This document shows, piece after piece, positions 35,020 to 46,900 of a DNA stretch of 64,000 nucleotides (position 1 is the first letter of the stretch; every line of letters starts with the position of its first letter). Under the pieces are notes generated by a model that worked only from the letters and a program-made list of their open reading frames with translations, was not told where the DNA came from and searched no databases. The stretch covers positions 1,178,001 through 1,242,000 of the forward strand of contig JAYWIR010000027.1 of assembly GCA_036172245.1 (NCBI GenBank), read 5' to 3'. A program made the position numbers and the translations under genes. Origin of the DNA: Raillietiella orientalis (Eukaryota).

Positions 35020-36575
35020 TTGTTCCTGACATTCGAAAACTTTTTCTCATTACGTGAGTCTCTACTTTATAGCCATTCGCCGAGTTTAATGGTCAAAGGG
35101 GAATTTAATAGCCCATCTGGGCAAAAGCCTACGTCAGAGAGATCCCTCGTAAAAATTAATACTCTTGGTATTAATATTCCATTCACTTTGCATCACCTAC
35201 TCATCCGTGGTGTACAAGCATCATTCTCTCATTTCCGGAAGATACAAACTGACTCAAAGATGGTCTCAATTTTCAATACAGAGGATGTGTTTGTGCTTCA
35301 ACATTCCTCCAGTGTTGCATACTTCTCTCTAAAGAATGACTACAAGTTCCATTTCTTTCCTCCATTATGAAGACGGCTGACTCAGCCGTGAGAGCTTGAA
35401 ATGCAGAACGGAAGGGTGATAAGAAAAAGTCATACTGGACGCAAAACATCCTTTGAGTGAATCATAAGGCTGGAAACAGCATCACACTCGTCTTGCGGAT
35501 TCCCCTACCTATTTCCCCTACTATTCTCTCAACTTTTACTGCAACCTTCTTGCTGTCTGATGAACTCTATCCAGATACTCAAAGTATTAAAGTTAAATTC
35601 GAGATTAAAGTAGCTGCGATCTGTCAAACGGCCGAAACGGAAACACGTAGGTACGCGATCTCATGCAAATTTGAGAACAAGGGCAGAGTTCCCGAGTCCA
35701 GGCAAACAGAAATTTTGGCAGTATCAGCAAACGATTTGCTGATATCGAGATTCACTGAGAATGTGTTCGAGAACCACGGCCAGCACGAGATCAGAACATT
35801 ACCATGATTCTGATTTAGTGCCTTCATGTTTTCGAGGATTCGGTGCTCTCAGGAAGACAGGAATGCTCATTTCGAAAACTCGGCCCTAGAGAATGTCCTT
35901 GGTACTGCGAGGAACCCAAACTCCATGACTCTGCAGTGGAAAAATGGAAGCGAATATTTTCAAAACACTAAGGCATCAAGCCAGCTCATTTGGTTCTACA
36001 CGTTGTCCGGCAGAAGGAAAATGAATACCTGTGATCTCGAAATCGAATACATCGTAATTTTCTCATTTATCTTGAGTTCTCTCCCTAATTTAGGGATGAT
36101 GAAAGACATCTTGTTATAGGGAATATATCAACGGCTTTCTGTTACTTGCCATGCTCACGAGTTACTAAATCCTTTCTCTGAGTTCTCGTCTAGTTTGAGG
36201 ATCTCACTAAATAATTCAAGCTATGAGCCTCCAGAGAGCTATCAAAGTATCACATTACAATCCTTATTTATGCTACCCAGAGTGGAAAGCCGATCAGTCA
36301 CGAATAAGCTGTTAGAGTCCCATGGTACTTTTGAAATTTAAAGGAGATTGGCTGTCAGATACACCGCCAACAAAGATGTTAAAGTAAAATATCTGAAGCT
36401 GGGCTCAGTCAGAGACCATGGGTACACAACCGAAAATCCATCTTTCATGAGACCAACCACAAACTCAAGACTTTAAATATGCAGCAAGCTGAATGTATGC
36501 TCCTCGCTAAGAGTGATACCACGGCGCGGAAGGCAATGGATGAAGCTCTCATCTCGAGGAACTCTGTCTCGATAA
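35020..36575 (+). pseudogene. Decayed coding remnant of unknown family
   Basis: Frame 35457-36575 has only 6 stops in 373 codons of AT-rich DNA and is preceded by an open 116-codon frame (35020-35370). No motif was recognised. Confidence 0.35.
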
Positions 36576-37731
36576 AATGATAGCGAGAAACTGTGAGGTG
36601 CGTAAGAAAGAAGGGAGATCACACAGCCATTGTGCTGCCTTTAATGCAGTATGAAGCAAAGCTGCAAAACAATTGCATTACCTTTTTGTGACAATCATGC
36701 GGGTTCTTCGACCAGTGGAAACTAACACTGAAGACAGTAATGATCTACCTTTGTCAAATTGTGACATTACCAAGGTTCTTCATATCGAACAGGATTTGGG
36801 TGAACGCAAAAAAAAATTATGCTGTGTGACTCCGGGTCCACAAAACATTGAGTCAAATGAGATAAAAATAAAGAAAAGAAAAGAAGTATAGAAACGATGG
36901 GAAACTTTAGGCAGAAAAAATACTTTCCGGTAAAAAATGAAAAATATAGTTTTTGATTTAGGTTCCATAAGTGACTAGAGAGAATCCTGAAGCTGTTGCA
37001 TTGCAATGAATGCTATCTAAAAGGAATCATAAAGACCAAAATTGTCTGATTTCTTGGTTAAAATGATCACTGGAATGCACAGTGATTTTATTTTTCAAAA
37101 TCCAGTTTGGAAGTCTTCATTTCATTACAGAATTTACGGTTATTAAGACGTCAAAAGTGATTTCCGTTTTACTATGCCAATTATATTGTAACAGGTTGGA
37201 GGCAGAATTGACTGTTTTTGGTATTTGCTGCATACCTAAACTGTACCTAAGTTTTTCACCACATTCGTATACCTTCACACCTGTTAGAGATGCAGCTTAA
37301 CCAAGCTTGGATGTGATTACTGCCAGCATTTATAAGAGTGAATGCATGAATTAGGTGATGTTTCTTCAATATTGGAAAGCAATGCAGTTGTCAGTCTCTT
37401 AAAATAATCAAAGTAAAAAGCTGCCTTAACAGATTTTTTAAAGCAGTCCAGTGAGATGTTCTTGATAAGCTAAGAGGAGAGAGCGCTTGGCAACACTAGT
37501 TGCTGGTTTTATCTCGATGTTTGTTTTACTTATGAAAAGACGAATAAACATCCCACTTTAATTTTGATAAAATCGGATAGCAACTTAGTCTTGCATTCAG
37601 TTTTCAGTTTGTTTCGGAGTTTTGTTTGTGAGTATGCAATTCCTTAAGAATAGGTAAAAGTGAATGCAAATTTTAGGTTTTTATATATATATATAAAACT
37701 ATTTTAAACCAAATACTATATATATATAGTA

Positions 37732-37918
37732 TTGGTTTGAAAATTCCATCTTTAAAGTAAAAATAATTTCCACAGTTTGTTTTTTGCAATCATAAAAACT
37801 TATAAATTAAAATCATATATATCTCTATCTATCTGTGATTTTAATTGATAAGTTTTTAAGCTTGCAAAAAACGACTGTGGAAGTTATTTTTACTTTGAAG
37901 ATGGAATTTCTAAACCAA
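37732..37918. repeat. Foldback palindrome (arms ~84 bp, loop ~20 nt), MITE-like
   Basis: 37732-37815 (TTGGTTTGAAAATTCCATCTTTAAAG...AAAATCA) is the reverse complement of 37836-37918 (TGATTTT...GAAGATGGAATTTCTAAACCAA) with roughly 10 differences. Confidence 0.9.
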
Positions 37919-40775
37919 ATCGTAATCGGCTGGGAAAGGTCGAACTCAGCTGACGAGACGGTTTTCCATGCTTCCCTTTTCCACACTTGTTTTATAGCTA
38001 TCGACCTGATTTTGTAAGGTCAGATGTGACATGCACAACACTAATAACGAGTTCGTTCTTACACGAAGTGCCACAGTCAGTCGGCTGCACGGACCCGGAA
38101 GCAGAGTGTACATAGAAATATTTTTGCATAGTTCAGAATCGAAGTGTGGTTTTCAGACATTGTGAAGGAGATTAGTATTCGATCGATACGAGCCAATCTG
38201 CTTTTTAAAAAGGAAAATTTGCACTTGTAACTTTGGAAAGTCTACCCTAGATCTAGAATTCTTGTGTACATTTTGTTAGGATTGGGCGAAGCTGTAAGAA
38301 CACGACGAAAAAGCAAACCAAGATGTGCTGAAACAGGATCGCAAAGAAAAGACAGGCATAAATCAATCCAGCTGGTAAAATTTTGCACCTTCATAATGCA
38401 GGTTGAAATCTACGAAGAACTCCATTCCTCAAATTTTCGTTTACAAGGAGGGAAAGAACTGAAAGATGCTGTAAGATTATGAATTTCTTATCCCCCAAAT
38501 TTGATCAAAACTTGGATGGTTTCTTTACTTGCTGAAATGATGCTGAAGTGAATTAAAACGACTCAACTCCATAATTCTGTTATTTTATGCCTACTTGACA
38601 AGAATTCAGATGGACCTTTAAGGTTAAGGCTTACATGCTGCATTGGGATGTGGTTTTCTCAGTTACAATATTTTCTTTGATTTCTTCTTTGCAAAGTTTC
38701 TCACTTTTTATAGACATCAGACATTGGTTAAGGCTTCAAACCCCCGGTAGGATTTCTCAGTATTAGTTTTGGCCATCATTATTCTCAGAGTTCCCAATGT
38801 TGTTCTGCAGTAGTCTCAGTTTGATATATGTGTACCAGAAGCTATTATTATTGCTGTTTCACTACCAGAATACCATCAGTGATGTGATAAAACCTGACTC
38901 GACTCACAAAGATGGGAATACAGAAAAAGTTTCTGTTGTCTAGTTTCAAAAATTCGGTTGTAATTGGTACTGGTATTTTTCAGGAACAAGGTAACAACCT
39001 GCTTACCCTCAACTGTGACTGGTGATTTATGTTTTCTTTTTTTTTTTCACAATTTAAAAACAAATTCTGGTTTACTCAATGTGTAAGTTCTACTTTTATA
39101 ATTTTCTATAACATCATGTTAAATTTTTAATATGTTTGATTACACAGGAAGCATCTTTATTCCTAATCTTGGGGAAGCCTGTTATGTTCTCAAAATGTTT
39201 TTTAATTCAGAATACCAAGGGATGGAAAGTAAGGTAATAGTTTTCAGATGACAAATTAATTTGCGATTTTGTGGATTACAATGACATAAAATTGGAATCA
39301 TGTCTACATTCTTCTTTGTATCCACTAATAAAGAGTGGATATGAAATCCAATTATAGCTGATAATTGTTCACTCTGCATGTCTTTCTTTTTTTGTAGGTT
39401 TTCCAGTTTTTTTCACAAATATGGCTCTAGCGTAATTAATATTCTTTTTTCAACAGGTTAATTTTCACCTTGATTATTATGACCATACTAACTAAAGGAT
39501 TCTTTTCTTGTGAGCACCACAAATGATGAACCTTGAATGTCTGGAGATTTTGAATAAAGAATTTTTCCTCTTTCAAAGTGCAGCTAAAAAGTTATCGAAT
39601 TTTCGATTGGTAAGGATGGGAACATGCAACTAAATCAGTTAGAGTTTTAAGCATCACTACAAGCTGCAAATTATTTTTATACTACACTGTACATGTTTTG
39701 GTAAGAAAGATCTGTAATGCCAATTGCAAGATGCTATCCAATCAGCAGTATTTTGACATGACCAGAACTTTTTCCTTGCACTGAAATTCCAATGAATTTA
39801 TATCATGAATTTCTGAAGTTTCATTTTTCATAAGTTTCATTTTCTCAAGTTAAAATATGTGTGTTAAAATATTCAAACACAATTTGAGTTGCCATAAAAC
39901 TGGATTGCAAAATAATTGGATCCTTCATATCCAGAAAAAGAACCAAGCTCTGTTTGAAAGTTTATACAACAAATTCCTCTGACAGCTTTTGCATAATAGG
40001 GATAGAAATATGATTGAACTGTTGATCCTGTTATCCCTCCAAGGTTACTAAAGTACTTGTATGGTGAAAGTCATCAAGTGTTTAGCAGCTGTCAATTTAT
40101 TGGCAACCAGATGTATATTCCTACATTTCTATAACATCCTGTAATACCTTTGATTCATGAATCAACACATATTGCAAAGAAATGTCTTCAGACCAACTAG
40201 TGCTTGGTCCTAGATTTTTGTTTTGCACATATGGTAATAATTTTATCAACACAGACCTATTTTAAAAGCAATGAAATTGATTGTAGAAAAATGCATTCCA
40301 TAATTGAGTGAATGTTCCATGTTTTCAACACAAAAGAGGTTAACATAACATACATGTAATTTGGACGTGAATAACAAAAGTTTTTACTAAGACATGCCCA
40401 TAACATATGTCATTCCTTACTGTTTTTTCTATTTTTATCGTGACCTTTTATCATACACTAGATCTCATAAGTTGGGGTCAGGGGTTTGAAGTTTATGGCC
40501 ATTTTATGTAAAATGCCATTTCTTTCACAAGTGGACATTTGACCTCCATCATTGACCAAGATTTCTGTAACACGAATGTTAAGCATAAAAGTTTATTGAT
40601 AACAAATTTGCGTCTGCTGGAAATAACCAGCTTTTAACATGAGCCTGCCAGCCAGCTAGCAATGCTGCATTTTGGTTTTAGTTTTTAGTTAAAAATGTTT
40701 AGAGCAGAAGCTGTCCATATCATTTCAGTTGGATCCTCATATTCTCAGATTCTTAAATGATGAACGAATTGACTA

Positions 40776-41798
40776 TGCAAAACTCAAAACACGGCTGATA
40801 AATAAACTGCAATGTTCCTTTTCAACTTTCATTTCCTGTATGTATCGACTCAGAAATTCCTCTGTTTCCACTTCGGAAATCCATGGTAAACAAATTGTTT
40901 GTTGGTGACGACGAAAAGAGAAAATTCAAATATCCTTCATGCTTGGAGGCTCCTTACCTGGTACCGTTGCAAATTCTGTTTGCCATATCCGCTCATTCCA
41001 GAAACCCAAAATTCTAAGTGCAAATGTGTGTCCTATCATATCAACCGAATCCCTTGGGCCTTGGCAAATTTTCAAGATTACTTTCTGTACATTTGTATTC
41101 CATTTTCCTCAAATTGTTAGATCTTGAAGATCGTTCATTCTTCCTTGTCTTTTCCTAGTGCTTTTGTGTTGAAGTTTACGCAGCGCTCCTCGTTTTAGGC
41201 CTTCTCACGCAGTTCTGCCAGGCATCTTGCTGCATTTCAAATTGGAATGTTTTCATCATTTGGGAATTTGACGGGAAGCAGTTTCTCGACAGTCCAATTT
41301 TTCCAGCTGATGATTTTCAAAAGTAATAGACATATATAGTCTGAGAAGAATTCGCCCTAAGATGGCAGTCCGCTGTGAGGTGGTGATCAACACGGGTTTA
41401 CTTTTATCACTGTGCTCTCCTTCGATGAACTCCCGTCTTGACCTTCATGACTGTCCTCTCCTGTCCCTATCTTTCCGTTTTTCCACCTTTGGAGATCTAC
41501 ATCTATTCACAACTCTCGGGATCAACAAAGGTTTTGCAAAGCCAGTGAAGAGTTGTGGAGCTACCGGCATAATTTTGCTGTTTGTACAACGTCTTTCAGT
41601 GTACCGGCAAGACACTTCATGTTTTCATGTCGATGACCGTTCCACCAAACAAATGTCCGTTCCTTGTGATAACCGATCCAAGTGTGCATCGTCACACAGC
41701 GTGCTGCTTACTGCTTTTAGTACTTCTCGATGGAATCGGAAAGATGTTTTCTCAAAAACTTTTGGATACATTCTAAACGCTTCTAATAATCTTTCTTT
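40776..41798 (-). pseudogene. 341-codon frame interrupted only by TGA, unknown family
   Basis: Seven in-frame TGA and no TAA/TAG between the flanking TAG codons; K/E/R-rich translation. Confidence 0.35.
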
Positions 41799-43399
41799 CT
41801 AAGACGGGTTTTCTTGTCTTTGTCTTGATATTTCCCTAGCACCTCTTGTAAGTTAAAAATATGATTATATCCTCAAGAAATTCTACATTTATTTCGAAAG
41901 CGGCTGAATGTTTTTCGAGAATAATTTCAGCCTTTTATAGATCAAAAGCGGTACTTTTGATTCTGGTACAGTCTCAAGTTTGCTGGAATATCCAATCAAA
42001 TCATTCTGCTTTGCTTTTCTTTCGAGCTATCCCGATACGGTGTTATCTTATCCAGGATCCTGGGACACGTCCTTATCTCCTGAAAATGGTCACCTAGTCA
42101 ATCTACTGAAGAGTTCTTGAGACAGAGCATACGAGTTTCTCGAGTCTTTGAGGTGTATCCTGAATTGTATACTTCCAAGCTACAAGGGCTTTGTTCCTTA
42201 GCTCTGTGGGGATGAGATCTTTGATTAGCCTGAGTTCATCCATTCAGCTGAGAAAGGATAATTGCACGTGATCGAAATGAACTCCCACGCTTTTGCGTGC
42301 ATAGAAAAGAGGACAGTTGACAGTTCCTGATACGAATAACTCTCAAAATAATTTGGCAATAACCAGTTTAAAGGGTTGTTTCGTTGATAGCAATGAAAAT
42401 TTTCCTCATGATAGGTATGAAAAAAGGAAAAAAAAAACGATCGCAAATGATAGCAATTCGAAACTACGCTTTTCCTTTTCCATCAAGTCCTCCATATTTT
42501 ACACAGAATGAGAGTTTGTGTATCGTGGAAAGTTTGTACTCGCTTCTTTAGACTAATTGCACAGAAACGAACAGAAACGAATTACGCTTGCTGAGAAAAA
42601 TAATGGAAAGAAAGCACTACATTTATGATTATTACACTGCATATTTAGAATAGATGGGATGAAGTTCGTAGAGCGTCTCGTTCCACATCGGCAGTCGCTT
42701 GAAAATAGAAATTAACAACGGGCCTTCTGGCGAGAACTCTCCGACGCATAGGCAAAAGCCATAAGTAAAATTCCAGATTATTTGGAAGTTACAAATGATT
42801 TTTAATTTGTCCCCATAAACTGTTCGTGAAACGGATTGCCAGAACGGTCGCTGACTACCGGTAAAGTCAGGTTTTCAAGTCGAAAAAACGGAAATATCTG
42901 ATAAAAACTCATCATCATGGAAAGAATCGATTCCGGAAGCATCAATCTTGCAAACCCGTCTAAAACATGCAAGCACAGTCAGATGAGAAGAAGGAAAAAA
43001 TCAGAAAAAACATCCAGAAAAGTAATTGTATGTCCTCAATTCATTGCATTCAGCAAAGTATAGTAGCAGAATTACTACGTATACGCTTCCTCTTCCTAAA
43101 GGGTCCATCCAGATAACGTAATATATCCAGTTTCACACGCCATTTTCCAGGATAGTGACTTGCAAACTTATATTTCAGATGGAAAAAGAGATGCAATTGC
43201 CTAAAAAATCATTTTCACGAAGAGGATCGTAAGTAACCAGATTTCACCTACGTTTCTTCCATCGTCGGGTCAACTACCAACTCACTGGATGGGGGATAAA
43301 TTTGTAATGCAAGTATGTACCATGTATGCTTGCAGTATTATGAGCTGGAGGTATGATATTCAATACCCTGCGCGTTCTTTAAGCAATTGAATCTCTGTG

Positions 43400-43900
43400 G
43401 GAAACCGTTTCCACTGGCAAGAGGCAACGAAGCCCCAAAGTTCCCTCGATAGCAGCCCCCGTGCATGCTGATAAGCACCTAAATATGATCGGTGGACAAA
43501 GGCTTCTCACAAGATTAGGAAATACACTTTTTGCCTGGGAACCCCTCGCACGATCAGACAGCCACGAATTAAACGCTCCTGAAGAAAACTCCAACAGAGA
43601 CGATCGGAAATTTTCTCTGTATTTCTCACGGTGTGTGGGAGAATTCGGTGGTCTCGGCTGGGGACCAACTGAGCTTCTAGCTTCGAGCATTTGTACCCTC
43701 GGCTGAATCTTCACCGCAGCAAAGCAGGCTTTTGTGAGAGTTCGATTGGAGCTTTCAGGGTGCTGTGCACCGCCCTGCCTTCCTGGAAGCCTTCGTATGA
43801 GTTCCCCCAATCATGCGCTGCGAGCCATCTGGCTCTTTTTCTGAAGTGGTGCCTTACGTTGCGCGTCATCGTTGGCAGCGAGTGAAACGAAGGACGCGTT
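43400..43900 (-). mobile_element. Possible highly degenerate LINE RT fragment
   Basis: Scattered RT-like motifs in the expected order across frames: SYEGFQEGRA, GAFNS/WLSDR, SLCPPIIF. Confidence 0.3.
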
Positions 43901-46900
43901 CTCGTGAGGCACAAAATTACTGGGAAGAGAAAGGAAGAAGAAGAAGAAGAAGAAAATGCAATGACTGAGGGAGGGGGAAGTAGCTGAAGGGTCTCCATCG
44001 CACCTCCCGGGGGAGTTGCGAGCATCCCTCATGAACATGCGATCTTCTGATTACCTTGGCAAAGAAACTATCAGCCATCATCGCAGGGCGAGGAGCGCGA
44101 GATGGAATTACGGCTCTCTCACACGTCACGACACGTAGCGGAAGAAAAACAAAAGCAAGGAGTGACGAGAACTTGGGGATGATCCGAAGAGACTGGAGGA
44201 GGAGTGGACCGGTCGCCGAGGAGAGCTTCGAAAGACCGATGGGAAGCATAGAACAATCGCAGGCCTGGAAGAGGAGGCGCAGTCGCCCCCGAGGAGAAGC
44301 TAGCGGGAAAGGACGGGGGTTTCTGGACCGGTGCTCGGGTTCGCGGGTCAGAAGGAGCAGGTAGCAGCAGGCGGGTTCGTTTTGGAGGCCGCCCGCGGCG
44401 CGAGGCAGCACCGCCTCTGCTCCGGCAATCGCCTCTGCCGGGGAAGCAAAATGCCGGCGAAAAAAACGAGAGCCAACAGCCCCCAGCCGTTTGCGTAGCG
44501 TTCTCGTAGCGACGCGGAAGGACCTCCTGCCTCCCGTTCAACGTGCGCGTTGTTGCCTCCGGGACCCTGCTGCTGTGACCCTCTCACGCCTCCTGGGAGC
44601 CACCTCCGTGCACGCCTTGCACGCGGGGCGCGCGCCTGTACAGTTGCGCATCCATGTGGGCACTAACGTGCGCGCCTGCTGTGCGTGTCAAGGGCGGGAA
44701 TCCACGCTGCCAGGATACCTGCGCTGTACGTGCGCCCCAAGCAGACGAGGAAGAATGCGATGTGCGCCCCCCTCCCCTCCCTGCAAACACGCGCGCGTGC
44801 ACAGGGATTGCACTCTTGCACGCGCTAGTGAAACGGTACGCGCACGCACGTGCGCAGGTATCTTACGTTGCCCTTCGACAGCGCTCATGCCACGCATGCG
44901 CACTTGCACATGTCCCTTGCAGAGGGGCGTGCAGACAAGCTCTCTTGAGGACGCTGCACAGACCCTTGGGTGGGGGGTCACTTGCCTAATCTACTCCACC
45001 GGACCTACCTTCCCTGCCGTGCCGAATCTAATCCCTACCTACGTAACCTATTCTGCTGTGGGGGTCAATCTCGGGTATGCTGAGAATTAACGGTTGATCG
45101 TAAGTCATCCTTGTCGGCTGCCATGAGCGCACCTTCGGGCATACACAGCCGCTGCCCGCCGACACGACGGAAGCTGCCGTCCTGTCGCGTCGGCGAGTCA
45201 CCTGTCCATGAACGGCCTGGAAATTCCTCAGGCCGCTCCCGACGGTTCTAACTGTCCCCAAGGGCATCTCTCACAAATCGGAAGAGGAAAAGAAGTCAAT
45301 GTCGACCCCCGCAGAGCTGAGCTCACACACAAAAAAAAGAGTGCATGTGTGTGTGTGTGTGGGGGGGGGGAGTATTCTTTAGTACATGTACACGCTTCGG
45401 TTGTACATATGCTTAAAAAAAAAGGAAGGAAGCACGGAAGAGGGCCTCCTGCTTTCCGTGCTCGTTCTTTTATTCCAGAGCCTCGCGGTCCCGGACAGAA
45501 CGGAGACGGCCTGAGCAGAGCTCGAGGAATCGGAGCTGGCGGTGGTCGGCCAATCTTCCGACTTGGCGACCAGCTCCAGAGTTGCCTCCCTAGCGTGCGA
45601 GAAATCCTCGAGGGACGGCGGTGTTCCCGAGTTGGAATGGGACTCCTCACGCACTGCCATCGAGATAACAGAGGCACAGGCCGCTTTCATGCCATTCAAT
45701 TAGCGGTCTGGAGGAAAAAATTTCGTACCGTTCGATGAATTCAAATGAGGTCACCAGCTGGGAATTCATGCCAATCCCATGCTGATGAATGCAAATGAAT
45801 TCACGTGCTGCTTACCCCGCATTTGATTTGTAGAGCGGAATCCACTCTTCAGTGTATAATAAGATGCATTACGAAACATCACTGATTAAATTAGGTGCTT
45901 TTTCATTTTTATTTGAAAATGAGTTAACTGGCATTAAAGTGGGCAATTTACAAGGAAGTGGGAGAAAGGCCATTGCCGACCCCCGCAGAGCTTAGCTCCC
46001 CTCCCCCCCCCCCCCAAAAAAAAAAAAAAAAAACAGTATGTGTGTGTTTGTGGGAGGGGATACATGAAAAGAAAATAATTAAAGAAACCTTCGAAGAATC
46101 TTCCGACTCAAGTGGAGGGAGAAGTGGGTGAGCGAAGATGCCGTTTTCTGGTACTCGTTTTGGATTAGCTACGTATCCAAGTGGACGGTACGTGGGACGC
46201 ACACCTCCGCACATCCGCCCTGGAGACCCACGCTGATCCAGGAGCGGCCGATGTTTTCCACGCGCCTTTCCCCCTTCCGTGGCCGGGAACGGAGTCTCAG
46301 GCTTCCTGGTCCAACCGTGTCTCTATTTAACTTTTTGTCTCTCTTGGGAAGCAAGGTGCCGGAGAAGGCGGTGGCGAAACTCGCGCGCCCCATGGCTCAG
46401 AGCCCGCACGCGCGCGCGTGAGCAATTCTCCCGAAAATTCGCACGTGCCGCCGCCATGGTAGGAAGCATCATGGCAGAATTGATCCATCATGCATTGCTA
46501 GAAAGCTACCACCTTATCCGGAACCGTCGCTTGTAGTGGGATATTGAAGGGGGAATTCCCCCCTCCCTCCCCCATTTAAATAAAAAGGAAAAAAAAAAAA
46601 CGCAATAAAGAAAAAGAAAAAAAAGGCGAGCGCGGGAGAGCTGAACGATATGGACGTTCCATAAAGCTCTGCAGACCGCCGTAAATTCCACGTTAATGCA
46701 CTCCGGGAACAGTGAATCCCGAACTCTTGTACTGTGCTGATAGTTATTGAGGTAGCTTTGCGTCGTAGTCACGTTTGCGCCATTCCCTCGATGATTTAGG
46801 GAATGGCAATTAAAATCCATAACACCTAAACGGGGTGATTTGACTCGCTCACTCGATTAAACAGGTTCCTTCCTACCGCCGTCACCGTTCTAACAAGTTT

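Noticed and set aside
39520..40800. C/D snoRNAs suggested by ATGATGA at ~39523 and ~40757
   Set aside because: No properly spaced terminal CTGA box with a closing stem was found.
45736..45803. 68-nt hairpin (TCACCAGCTGGGA / TCCCATGCTGATGA) as a pre-miRNA
   Set aside because: The stem is only about 13 bp before a 7x7 internal loop, and no known seed was recognised.
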